64,000 bases of DNA, from assembly GCA_964547855.1 (NCBI GenBank), contig CAZJPG010000001.1:1337-65336 (forward strand), read 5' to 3'. Both the position numbers and the translations under genes were made by a program. The notes beneath the pieces are model-generated. The model did no database searches. It had not been told where the DNA came from and worked only from the letters and a program-made list of their open reading frames with translations. The DNA is from an uncultured Gammaproteobacteria bacterium. GTDB lineage: Bacteria > Patescibacteriota > Patescibacteriia > Patescibacteriales > WJLG01. Shown one piece after another: positions 7,928 through 17,102 of the stretch. Numbering within the stretch: position 1 is the stretch's first letter; the number at the start of each line of letters is the position of its first letter.

Positions 7928-10594
7928 TTATTTTTTTGAATACTCTTTATTGGAATAATATAGTTTAGTCGCCTCCAACAAAATCAAATTAAAAATCGAG
8001 AAGCCCAAAATAGTCATCCAATCTTTTAAGCCGATAGACGCTGTGCCAAGCAATCCCTGAAGTGGCGGTAAATAAATAGCTAAGAGCAACAGGCCAGCGG
8101 ACAGACCAACGGCCAGCCAAATGTAAAGATTACTAAAAGGATTCAGTTGCCATATCGGACGGGAGAGAGAACGCAAGGAGAAAATCGACAACAAAGACTT
8201 GGCTCCCAATATCGAGAACATCAAGGTCCTTAAATGATCTATCTCAACACCAGCTTTAAAAAGATAGAAGAAGAAAATGAAAATAATGACGTTGACTATC
8301 ATGCCGACGAAGAATATTATAGCCTTCATCTCGCCGGTCAACAGAGCCGAGTCGCGCTTCTTCGGCCTTCTATCCATCATGGTCTTAGTCACCTTTTCGA
8401 ATGATAAGGCAAAATTCGGAAAACCGTCGTTTATTATATTGAGCCACAATATCTGCACTGGCAAGATCGGCAACGGAGAAGTCAATAATATGGAGCTAGT
8501 CACTAGAACAATCTCACAAAAAGCATCAGAGGTTAGGTAAGTCACTACTCGGCGCAAAGTCGAATATATCTTACGTCCCTCTTCCACGGCCGCTACGATA
8601 ACTTTGAAATTATTATTGAGCAAAATAATATCGGCCGATTCCTTGGCCACGTCAGTGCCATTGCCCAAAGCAATACCGACATCAGCCGCCTTCAAAGCTG
8701 GAGCATCGTTTATTCCGTCCCCAGTCATAGCTACTACTTCACCGCGCTCTCTTAAGGCATTGATGATGCGTAATTTATGATGCGGGCTGACACGGGCATA
8801 AATATTTATCTTGGTGCAGCGCTTCTTTAATTCGTCATCACTCATCTTATCCAAGTCCTCACCAGAGACCACGCCATCTTTGGTCACCGACAATCCAATT
8901 TCTTTACTTATCGCTAAGGCGATCAACTTATGATCACCAGTAACGATAACTGGCCTAATACCAGCGTCTCGCGCCTGTCTTATTGTCTCCTTGGCGTCTG
9001 GTCGTAATGGGTCTTTTAAAGCGATCAGTCCTACATAGGTCAATTCGTTATCGATCGCATCCCAATCTAGTTTATCTTCTAAGGCTAAGTCGCCTTCAAT
9101 ATCTTTTAGGCCAACGGCGATCAAACGAAATCCGGTAGCGGCCAACTTTTCAAAATTCTTAAGTATCTTATCTTTATGAGAATCAGTTAGAGAAACGATC
9201 TCGCCATGATGATAGAATGTTTTGCTTTTTTCTAAAATAACTTCTGGCGCACCTTTTTCATAAAGCTTTAAGCCTTTTTCTGTTTTATGTAAGGTGGCCA
9301 TGAACTTCGTGGTGCTGGTAAATTGTCGCTCGGCCACTCTAAGCTCTTTCTTTTGCAATTCCCAACTGTCAATTCCTGCTTCATAAGCCGCCTTAAGTAG
9401 GGCCCTTTCAGTAGGAGTGCCAGTAAAACGCCATTTAGCCAAAGGCTCGTCCGGATTATCGATTATGGCATTGTTGCACATGGCGGAAATTTGCATGGCC
9501 AAGGAGACGATCTTGGCCTCCTCCCCTTCTTGGCGCGATCCTGGACTCGATACTTCGAATTCGTTCTCACCGATAATAATGTGAGATACGGCCATATGCC
9601 CCTCGGTCAAGGTGCCAGTCTTATCAGAACAAATGACGGTCGTCGAGCCCAATGTCTCGGCCGACACCAACTTTCTCGTCAAAGCACTGACCTTAAGCAA
9701 ACGCTGCATGCCCAGAGCTAAAATAAAGGTCATGGAGATAAGCAAGCCCTCTGGGATAGAAGACACTGCCAAGGCCACTGAGACCATAAACATCTCATAG
9801 ATGCCTCTACCTTCGACTATGCCAAGTATAAAAACCAATGTGCAAACAGAAAGAAATAATGTGGCCAAAAATTTAGCCAAACCATCTAATTTCTCCTGTA
9901 AAGGAGTTAGACCCTCCTCAGTGGACACTAGATCGGATATTTTACCGACTTCCGTATTTCTGCCAGTGGCAACGACGACTGCCTTACCTCGACCAGACAC
10001 GGCCACTGTCCCGGCATAGATCATGTTATGGCGATCAGGCAAAGAAGCACCTGTTGGAACTTTGTCAGCGGTCTTGCGTGCCGGGTAAGATTCACCGGTA
10101 AGTATAGACTCATTAATAGAAAGCTCGGCAGCTTCCAAAAGGCGACCATCGGCCGGGAGACGGGAGCCGGCTTCCAATATAATTATATCGCCTACCACGA
10201 CTTGGCTAGCATCGATCTTCCTTTCTCTTCCTTGACGCAAGACCACAGCCTGATGTCTGACCATGTTGCGTAATTTCTTAAGAGAATCGTTAGCTTTGTT
10301 CTCCTGGAAAAAACCAATGGCAGTATTCAAAGCCACTGCCACGAATATAACTATGGCATTTCCATTCTCGCGTAAAAGCAAGGAAGCCAATCCGGCCAAC
10401 AATAATATATATATGAATGGACTCTGAAATTGTTTTAAAAGAAGCTTGATCTTGGAAAAATCTTTCTTGGCCGCCAACTCATTTAGGCCATTCTTCTTTA
10501 AACGAGACTCCGCCTCTTTAAGAGTAAGGCCATTCTCCGATGCCTTAAGCTCTTTTAAACAAGTTTTAGCTGATATTGAATGAAAATCGCTCAT
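7928..10594 (-). CDS. cation-transporting P-type ATPase (P2-type, Ca2+-ATPase-like)
   Basis: Motifs TGES, PEGL in TM4, DKTGTLT and TGDGINDAPALK, plus an N-terminal LKELKASENGLTLKEAESRLKKNGLNEL. The track ORF begins at TTG 10690, upstream of a predicted TGTTATAAT -10 element and abutting the upstream terminator, so ATG 10594 (MSDFHSISAK) is preferred. Confidence 0.85.
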   Translation of the reverse strand: MSDFHSISAKTCLKELKASENGLTLKEAESRLKKNGLNELAAKKDFSKIKLLLKQFQSPFIYILLLAGLASLLLRENGNAIVIFVAVALNTAIGFFQENKANDSLKKLRNMVRHQAVVLRQGRERKIDASQVVVGDIIILEAGSRLPADGRLLEAAELSINESILTGESYPARKTADKVPTGASLPDRHNMIYAGTVAVSGRGKAVVVATGRNTEVGKISDLVSTEEGLTPLQEKLDGLAKFLATLFLSVCTLVFILGIVEGRGIYEMFMVSVALAVSSIPEGLLISMTFILALGMQRLLKVSALTRKLVSAETLGSTTVICSDKTGTLTEGHMAVSHIIIGENEFEVSSPGSRQEGEEAKIVSLAMQISAMCNNAIIDNPDEPLAKWRFTGTPTERALLKAAYEAGIDSWELQKKELRVAERQFTSTTKFMATLHKTEKGLKLYEKGAPEVILEKSKTFYHHGEIVSLTDSHKDKILKNFEKLAATGFRLIAVGLKDIEGDLALEDKLDWDAIDNELTYVGLIALKDPLRPDAKETIRQARDAGIRPVIVTGDHKLIALAISKEIGLSVTKDGVVSGEDLDKMSDDELKKRCTKINIYARVSPHHKLRIINALRERGEVVAMTGDGINDAPALKAADVGIALGNGTDVAKESADIILLNNNFKVIVAAVEEGRKIYSTLRRVVTYLTSDAFCEIVLVTSSILLTSPLPILPVQILWLNIINDGFPNFALSFEKVTKTMMDRRPKKRDSALLTGEMKAIIFFVGMIVNVIIFIFFFYLFKAGVEIDHLRTLMFSILGAKSLLSIFSLRSLSRPIWQLNPFSNLYIWLAVGLSAGLLLLAIYLPPLQGLLGTASIGLKDWMTILGFSIFNLILLEATKLYYSNKEYSKK

Positions 10595-10643
10595 GAAATT
10601 GGGTTTGTTCACAAATCGACCCACTTTATATGGGCTCAACATC

Positions 10644-10652
10644 ATTATAACA
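10644..10652 (-). promoter_or_regulatory. extended -10 element TGTTATAAT upstream of the P-type ATPase gene
   Basis: Minus read tcatGTTATAATgatg, located between the terminator at 10700..10736 and ATG 10594. Confidence 0.4.
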
Positions 10653-10699
10653 TGAAACGCTAAACATAGAACATCTATTATTTGAAACAAATAATTAGA

Positions 10700-10736
10700 T
10701 AAAAAAACGGCTCGCTATTCTTTCGAATAGCGAGCC
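10700..10736 (-). terminator. rho-independent terminator of the Zn-ribbon gene
   Basis: Perfect 12-bp stem ggctcgctattc / gaatagcgagcc with loop tttc, followed on the minus strand by GTTTTTTT. Confidence 0.85.
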
Positions 10737-10758
10737 TTGAAAATAAGCTTACCGGATA

Positions 10759-11631
10759 TCAACCGTTGGCGACTTTGGCGTTCCAGCCCTTACCTCGAAA
10801 ACGATTGACTGTCCGACTACGACCGAGGTCAATGGTCTTTTGGACCTCGGCATCGATCTGCTCTTTATGTATTTCTTTGAAGCGCTTGATCGCTTCAGCA
10901 GCACAGGCATAGCAGAAACGACGGAAACCGTCGCCGACTTTTTTGTTTTCATTGTCGCCGATGTAGGCTTCGATGAGGGAGTCGCGCAGGTCTTCCGGCT
11001 TTGTCTTAAGGACATCACCGATGGTCATGCCATCCAGCTCGGACATCGCTTCAGCCACCTTGGCTTCATATGACTGATCTCGTTCCATTTTCGGAATGAT
11101 CACGCAGTATATGGCCGCCTTGGCAACAAAAGACGTGAGTCTTCCATTGGCTTTTTCGGAGATGAACCGATCGACCAGCTGATTGACGTCATCGAAACTG
11201 AGATCGTTTTCCGATGCATATCTCTCGATTTCCGGCGCGAATGTTATCGCTGCCTGTGCATCGACGACCGCCTTTTGACGATCAGCCTCAGGAACCCTGG
11301 AGAATTCATCGTCCTTGGCCATTGCCAAAGGAATAATGCCGCCTTCGGCGCCTTTGACCAGAAGCTCGATTGAGTATGTCACCATATCAACTTTAATACC
11401 GCGCGAAAGCTGCGGCTTTCTTTCTCTCTGTTTTCCGGCGACGATATTTTCGATCGCTCTTTTGACCGCTTTCACGAGCTTTGAGTTATTGGTGTAACAT
11501 TCCTGGCAGATCAGTTTATCGGTAGCCTTGGGCTTACCGCAGACAGGGCAAACGATCTTTTCTTCTGTCTTGCCAAATGCCAAGACATGAAGGACGTCTT
11601 TTCTGAAAACAACACGATTGACTTGATCCAT
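10759..11631 (-). CDS. hypothetical protein with N-terminal CxxC-x10-CxxC zinc ribbon
   Basis: ATG 11631 (MDQVNRVV) sits 6 nt after GGAAAGGGG. The track start TTG 11691 overlaps the predicted -10 element. The zinc ribbon reads CPVCGKPKATDKLICQEC. No family recognised. Confidence 0.6.
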   Translation of the reverse strand: MDQVNRVVFRKDVLHVLAFGKTEEKIVCPVCGKPKATDKLICQECYTNNSKLVKAVKRAIENIVAGKQRERKPQLSRGIKVDMVTYSIELLVKGAEGGIIPLAMAKDDEFSRVPEADRQKAVVDAQAAITFAPEIERYASENDLSFDDVNQLVDRFISEKANGRLTSFVAKAAIYCVIIPKMERDQSYEAKVAEAMSELDGMTIGDVLKTKPEDLRDSLIEAYIGDNENKKVGDGFRRFCYACAAEAIKRFKEIHKEQIDAEVQKTIDLGRSRTVNRFRGKGWNAKVANG

Positions 11632-11679
11632 AGTGGACCCCTTTCCGGTAAAATTATTGGTTGAGAACGAACTGTTATA

Positions 11680-11708
11680 AGCATAGCACAAAATTCATAT
11701 TTTGTCAA
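11680..11708 (-). promoter_or_regulatory. putative promoter TTGACA-17-(TGc)TATGCT
   Basis: Minus read TTGACAaaatatgaattttgTGcTATGCT. Consensus -35, 17-nt spacer and a TG-extended -10. Confidence 0.45.
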
Positions 11709-11820
11709 TATTAAACAAACAACAAAAAATAGCGCCAAAACGCCATTTTTTATACTTAAGCCGAAATTTTTACTATATTTATAACAAAAAGATAGAGGGC
11801 TACGCATTCAGCATTCAGGC

Positions 11821-13413
11821 CTACACCTTTCTTTCCTTTGGAGTTACTAAAAATCCCATATATTTACCAATCATCAAACGAGTCTGTGAATCTAAGGCTG
11901 GTATGGCACCAAAAACGACTATTCCCAGCGGCAAAAGTATCCATTCTAAAACTGCCAAAATACGAGTATAAATCCTCTTCCAAAGACCGACTGACTTGGG
12001 CCTATGAGGTAAAAGCAAAGTCGAAACGATAGACGAAAAAAGCAAGCCAGACATAGCTACGGTCATTAGATTTCTAGTGATTTGGGGAAGATTTCCAGAT
12101 AGAACAGTAGAATTGAAACGGGATCCACCTAAAATTATAGGTAACCAACCTATGCAAGCGATGATCAAAGCATTCGTAGCCCAAGAATGAAAACCATGCA
12201 CCTGGATCATTATTTTACTAATAGCATTCCTCTTCTTGAGAGATTTCCATCTTTTTATGACATTAAAGGCCAAATAAGGAAGATTCTCGACTCCCCAGCC
12301 CCAGCGACGCTGTTGTTTATAGAGACCCGTCACCGTTCTCCAAATGCTCTGGACTTGAATGGAGTCCATCGATACTGGGAAATACAAAGGCTCTACGCGA
12401 TAATTGCAATTATAGTGAAGGTAACAATGCCAAAAAATACGTGAATCCTCACTGACCATATTTGTAGACCAAAAACCGATATCTACCAAAGCCTTCCAAG
12501 TCATAGAGTGAGAAGAATAAGTAGCCAGCTTTTCCACTCTTATCTGCTGCATCATCTGCCAAAAAGTATTGCTCATAGCCGCCACCCTCGAAAAAAACGG
12601 AACCTCCCAAATATTATTATGATAAAGCGGAACTGGTTGATAACTGGCACGATATGGATCGCTGACGGTCAAAAATTTATAGGTCAAGCAACAGAAATAA
12701 CTTGAATAGACCACGGTGTCGCTATCAAAGACGCTAACGACTATCTTGTCATAATCCAAGCCTTGCTTGTCGATTATATCTTTCTTTAAAATTTTAGCGG
12801 CCCAGGCCTGATTGGCACCCTTTCCCTTAAGCTCGCCGGCCATTCCGTCAGGATGAACCGTAACCAAAAATTCCTTAAAAAAATGACCAAATTCTTCTTT
12901 TAATATCCTTCCTTTTTCCAAACCTTTCTCACCTTCTCTTTCTTCCAAAGCCAAAACAAAGATCATTTGTTTAGTAGGAAAACCATCGTTTATTATCGAA
13001 TTAAAACTAGGGCGAAGCACATCGACCGGCTCCACGGCAGTTGGGTCGACTATAACGTGAATGATATCGCTCGACTTCCATCCTTTCTTTGCTAAACAAT
13101 CTTCAGGTAAGCCGCTGATCTTGCCAGCATCAAGCTCTTGGCATTTTTCCATCCAATCGGTCTTCTCGCCTTTACGCATCTTAAAATAAGAAGCAAAAAG
13201 GTGCACACCTAAATACAAGACCAAAAGCAACCAATATATATCGAAGATGATTATGAAATAGGCCACCCAGACAGGTTTAAAATAAGACAAAATCACCAAA
13301 AGCAAAAGCAGACCCCAGGAAAGTATTCCTGGGATCATCTCTAAGATCCTATAAATAACACGATCGCGGCCAGAGAGGTCAGTGGCCTTTCCAACCTTAA
13401 GATAATCGACCAT
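11821..13413 (-). CDS. membrane-embedded family-2 glycosyltransferase, processive (cellulose/chitin-synthase-like) type
   Basis: 530 aa. Two N-terminal and several C-terminal TMs. Motifs are FDSD (DxD), SEDSRIFW (ED) and QQRRWGWG (QxxRW). The start lies 10 nt after the upstream stop. Confidence 0.65.
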   Translation of the reverse strand: MVDYLKVGKATDLSGRDRVIYRILEMIPGILSWGLLLLLVILSYFKPVWVAYFIIIFDIYWLLLVLYLGVHLFASYFKMRKGEKTDWMEKCQELDAGKISGLPEDCLAKKGWKSSDIIHVIVDPTAVEPVDVLRPSFNSIINDGFPTKQMIFVLALEEREGEKGLEKGRILKEEFGHFFKEFLVTVHPDGMAGELKGKGANQAWAAKILKKDIIDKQGLDYDKIVVSVFDSDTVVYSSYFCCLTYKFLTVSDPYRASYQPVPLYHNNIWEVPFFSRVAAMSNTFWQMMQQIRVEKLATYSSHSMTWKALVDIGFWSTNMVSEDSRIFWHCYLHYNCNYRVEPLYFPVSMDSIQVQSIWRTVTGLYKQQRRWGWGVENLPYLAFNVIKRWKSLKKRNAISKIMIQVHGFHSWATNALIIACIGWLPIILGGSRFNSTVLSGNLPQITRNLMTVAMSGLLFSSIVSTLLLPHRPKSVGLWKRIYTRILAVLEWILLPLGIVVFGAIPALDSQTRLMIGKYMGFLVTPKERKV

Positions 13414-13422
13414 AATTGGCTT

Positions 13423-14379
13423 TTATTCGAATATAATATCCTCCCCTTCTTCTAACTCTTTTTCATGCGCGGTCTTGGGTTTTTCCTCTTCTTTAGGGGA
13501 TTCTTTATGATTATGGGCGTTTTTTGAAAAATTTACAAGGTTAGTGCCGCTAAGCGCCGAAAGTGATAAGGCTGGCGGTTTAACCGGCTCAACGGAAGAC
13601 GATGAGGCAAGCGCCGATGGCGAGATAGAAGAAAAATCAGGCCGAGACGAATTGGCCTTGTTCTTTGCCATATCCTCCTTCTTTTTTTTCTTTAATTCCG
13701 ATAAACATTTCTTACAATAAACCGGCCTGGTACCATCTGGTTTAAACGGAACCTTGGTCTGCTCGCCGCAACTGGAACAAACTGCGTCGTTTAAGCCATA
13801 ACCACTTACAACCTCTTCGCTGTCATCTCCTAATATGTCTTTTTTAAAAGACTGCGCTTGCTCGATCGCCGGAACCTCGACTTTATCCTCGACCTTAGGG
13901 GCAACACCAGAGATCATGTTAATGACTTGTGGGTCAATTACTGGTTTATGAAATTCTTGAGCCACTGGTTTTGAGGATGGCGGTTTTTGAACTGGCGCCT
14001 TGGGCGCGAATTGCGCTCCAGGAATACGATTAAAAGACGGAGCACCAGAACTGACATTAATGACCTTCCCTGGTTTTGGTTCTGGCGGCTGTTCCTCTTG
14101 AAAATGAGAATGCATTATTTCTTCTTCGACGATCTCTCTTTTCTTGGCATAATTTTGTCTTGTCCATTCCACTGCTTTTTCAAAATTATGAGTCTTTTCA
14201 TCTTCGCGCAAAGGCATCAGACCACGAGCTGAGAATGGTGTCGAGGCCACGCCATCGATCATCAACTTTATATAGAACTCAAACTTAGGAAGATTAAGAA
14301 TATCCTCCTCCATGAAAGTCGGGGCTAGTTCCTTGACCAATTCTTCGGCATCGGTGGCGCCTACGCGAAAATTGACCAA
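13423..14379 (-). CDS. C-terminal fragment of VirD4/TraD-like coupling ATPase (same frame as 14428..15375, separated by one TAG)
   Basis: The frame is open from 14427 (QLSDEVKAAVFGNVGTLVNFRVGATDAEEL). The track start 14379 is an internal TTG. The tail is Pro/Lys-rich and carries CSSCGEQTKVPFKPDGTRPVYCKKC, a CxxC-x17-CxxC motif. Confidence 0.7.
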   Translation of the reverse strand: MVNFRVGATDAEELVKELAPTFMEEDILNLPKFEFYIKLMIDGVASTPFSARGLMPLREDEKTHNFEKAVEWTRQNYAKKREIVEEEIMHSHFQEEQPPEPKPGKVINVSSGAPSFNRIPGAQFAPKAPVQKPPSSKPVAQEFHKPVIDPQVINMISGVAPKVEDKVEVPAIEQAQSFKKDILGDDSEEVVSGYGLNDAVCSSCGEQTKVPFKPDGTRPVYCKKCLSELKKKKKEDMAKNKANSSRPDFSSISPSALASSSSVEPVKPPALSLSALSGTNLVNFSKNAHNHKESPKEEEKPKTAHEKELEEGEDIIFE

Positions 14380-14427
14380 AGTGCCGACGTTGCCGAAGAC
14401 GGCCGCCTTGACCTCATCGGAGAGCTG

Positions 14428-15375
14428 CTATATATAATGATGAGCGATGATCAAGTTAAGATGATATTTTCTGGCCTCGGATAAAATATTGGCGAAAGAG
14501 TCAGTGGAAAAATTTTGAAACTCATCGATATAAAGATAAAAATCTTTACGTTCGTTTTCCGGTATGTCGACACGACTCATGGCCGCTAACTGAATTTTAG
14601 TGATCATCATGGCTCCTAAAAGCGCGGAATTATCTTCTCCGATATGTCCTTTGGAAAGATTCATGATCAAAATCTTTCTATCATCCATGACTTTTCTGAC
14701 GTCGATCGATGATTTCGTCTGCCCAACGATATTACGAATAAGAGAGCTGGAAAGGAATTGGCCGACTTTGTTTTGTATAGGAGATACGGCTTCGGAGGCG
14801 AACTTATCGGCATAACCAGCAAATTCTTTCTGCCAGAAAGATTTGACCACCGGATCCTGAACCATGTCGACGATCTTCTTGCGATAGTTTTTGTCCGACA
14901 ACATCCTGATGACCGACAACAAATTTGAATTTGGATAGTCAAGGACGGCTAAAATGGCATTGCGTAAAATATATTCCAAACGAGGTCCCCAAGAATCGGC
15001 CCAAAGTTTTTTAAAGACGCCGATCAAACCTGAAGCGACCAAATGACGAACTTTTATATCGACCTGCTCGACTATATTAAAAGCTATTGGATAGTCAGAG
15101 TCCGAAGGATTGAAATAAATAATGTCCTTAATTCTTTCCGAGGGAATGAATTGCATTATCTTCTCAGCCAAATCACCGTGCGGATCGACCACGGCCACTC
15201 CTCGACCGGCGCGGATATCGGCCACGATCATGTTCTCCAATATGGTCGATTTGCCCATACCAGTCTTCCCGATCAAATACATGTGACGACGCCGATCGTC
15301 GGTCTTGATGCCGAACTTCAATCGCTTATTGCGAAAAGTTGTTTCGGCGAACACTGTTATCTCACTGTTTATCAT
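14428..15375 (-). CDS. N-terminal fragment of VirD4/TraD-like type-IV coupling-protein-family ATPase
   Basis: 315 aa. Walker A GKTGMGKST, DPHGDL, Walker B-like FYLYIDEFQNF. It ends IIAHHYI and then TAG at 14428..14430. Confidence 0.75.
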   Translation of the reverse strand: MINSEITVFAETTFRNKRLKFGIKTDDRRRHMYLIGKTGMGKSTILENMIVADIRAGRGVAVVDPHGDLAEKIMQFIPSERIKDIIYFNPSDSDYPIAFNIVEQVDIKVRHLVASGLIGVFKKLWADSWGPRLEYILRNAILAVLDYPNSNLLSVIRMLSDKNYRKKIVDMVQDPVVKSFWQKEFAGYADKFASEAVSPIQNKVGQFLSSSLIRNIVGQTKSSIDVRKVMDDRKILIMNLSKGHIGEDNSALLGAMMITKIQLAAMSRVDIPENERKDFYLYIDEFQNFSTDSFANILSEARKYHLNLIIAHHYI

Positions 15376-15387
15376 AAAAATTGAGGA

Positions 15388-16941
15388 TTATACGAATGGT
15401 AAATTAGAAGGCGGCGCCCCTTTATCATTGGCCTCATCAAGGTCATTGGCCACATCGGCAATGTCCGTCTCTTTGACATCCTCTGGCAGCGAAGACTGAA
15501 CAACTGGCGTCTCCTTTACCTCCTCTGACATGAATAATGGGTCATTCTCGTCCTCCTCGTCTATATCACCCAAGAACAAAGGCTCGGCCTTGTACTCGCC
15601 AACCTCCTCTTCGGCTTGTGGCAAAGTCATTGGCGGTTCCGATTTCTTTCCAGCGGTCTTCTGAATTAGCGGAGCCTTGACTACGCCCTCTATTGGGAAA
15701 TGCCACAAAGTAGCTAATTCTTCGACGTTCAAATAACTAGGGGTGCGGCCGCTAGAAACACTTCGTTTAATATAGTTTTTCAGTATTTTATTCTTCTTAG
15801 AATTCAAATGTGAGTTCTTGAACAAATACGCGGTCGAAGTACCAGTCCTATCCATGTCAGGCTTAAGACCATTAAGGTCTGTGGCGGTGAATTGTTTGAT
15901 AAAGCCAACGAAACCTCCAAAGCCCTTAGCCTTGTTCATAACCTCCTTTTCTGCCAAATATATACCACGGATTTTAAACTTAAACGGCATCTTAGCCGAT
16001 TTCTCGTGGATGGCCTCGACTTGCTTCTTCTGTTTAGGCTTAAGATTCATCATCTTCAGCGAGTCGTCTTTCTTCTCTTCTTTTTTGGCCTCGGCCGCTT
16101 CGCCACCAGTGATCATTGTTGCTCCAGTATTTATAAGACCAAGGAGTTGATCGGCGCCCTGATTGAAAATATTTGGTTTGGCCTTTGGTTTTTCTTTTAA
16201 GATCTCCGAGACTTTATTTTCTATAAAATCTGGCCAAGCCATTTCCGTCGGCACCACCAATATCTGATACCACAACTGCTCACCAGACTTCAAAGAGGAA
16301 CAAAGGTCCATTAAAGCCGCCATGGGGTCACGGAACGTAGTCTCTGGTTCGCCGAATTGGTGTTCAAAATCCGGATAAGTCTTTATCGGTAATGCCGGAT
16401 CTGTCACTAAAACGAATTCTGAGCCAGCGAGGTCATATTTATCATGAGGAAAACTAATGTTGGCATAAGGGGTAGTATAATCTTCCACTTCGGTTATTTC
16501 GGCGTCTGGGTACTGTGAATAGATCGCCGACTCCACCATATCGCGATTAGCGATCGGGGTGCGAACTAAAAATTGCGTATAGCCGCCAACAGATATGATC
16601 TCAAAACTAAAAGCTAACTGCAATTTACCCTCCCAATAAGTATCAATAAGATTGTTAGTGCTATGAGCGCCGCCAAGGTAGGTGAACATATTCTCGACCG
16701 CCCTCATCGACTGGGCGTTGCCGCGTGGGATATCTATGGCCAACAAGGTAAATTTGGCATTTTTGGCCAACCAAAGATTCTGTCTGTAGTCCAGCCACAG
16801 AAGACGAGCCCCCCAAAGGAAAGTGAAACTTATCGGTATCCAGCCAAAATAAAACAGCATCTTCGCTAAAAGAATGTCAGGATAGCGTGAAGCCTCAAGT
16901 ATCGAGTTTATAATAGCCGGAAAATCAATGACTATATCCAT
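15388..16941 (-). CDS. membrane protein of unknown function, partner of the coupling-type ATPase
   Basis: 517 aa. An N-terminal TM pair (LLAKMLFYFGWIPISFTFLWGARLLWL), a globular middle and an acidic disordered tail. It lies 12 nt upstream of the ATPase gene. Confidence 0.65.
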   Translation of the reverse strand: MDIVIDFPAIINSILEASRYPDILLAKMLFYFGWIPISFTFLWGARLLWLDYRQNLWLAKNAKFTLLAIDIPRGNAQSMRAVENMFTYLGGAHSTNNLIDTYWEGKLQLAFSFEIISVGGYTQFLVRTPIANRDMVESAIYSQYPDAEITEVEDYTTPYANISFPHDKYDLAGSEFVLVTDPALPIKTYPDFEHQFGEPETTFRDPMAALMDLCSSLKSGEQLWYQILVVPTEMAWPDFIENKVSEILKEKPKAKPNIFNQGADQLLGLINTGATMITGGEAAEAKKEEKKDDSLKMMNLKPKQKKQVEAIHEKSAKMPFKFKIRGIYLAEKEVMNKAKGFGGFVGFIKQFTATDLNGLKPDMDRTGTSTAYLFKNSHLNSKKNKILKNYIKRSVSSGRTPSYLNVEELATLWHFPIEGVVKAPLIQKTAGKKSEPPMTLPQAEEEVGEYKAEPLFLGDIDEEDENDPLFMSEEVKETPVVQSSLPEDVKETDIADVANDLDEANDKGAPPSNLPFV

Positions 16942-17023
16942 AGTAGAATCCTCGAAATGAAAATCTTTTCACATCGAGGCATAGTTGCTTGCCGATTGCT
17001 ATCGGCAACATATTCATATTGAT

Positions 17024-17052
17024 ATTTTACCATTTTAACGAACTTGCGGCAA
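17024..17052 (-). promoter_or_regulatory. putative promoter TTGCCG-17-(TGG)TAAAAT for the 16941..11821 operon
   Basis: Minus read TTGCCGcaagttcgttaaaaTGGTAAAAT, immediately downstream of the 17054..17079 terminator. Confidence 0.5.
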
Positions 17053-17053
17053 A

Positions 17054-17079
17054 CTAAAAAAACTGCCTAAACAGGCAGA
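17054..17079 (-). terminator. rho-independent terminator of the Cys-rich lipoprotein gene
   Basis: Minus read CTGCCTgtttAGGCAGTTTTTTT. Confidence 0.7.
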
Positions 17080-17102
17080 CTTTTAGTGCAAAAACCTACT
17101 TA

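Noticed and set aside
11821-16941. Integrative conjugative element or plasmid remnant, because of the VirD4/TraD-like ATPase.
   Set aside because: No relaxase, VirB4, integrase, pilin or flanking direct repeats are visible. The neighbours are a GT2 and housekeeping genes.
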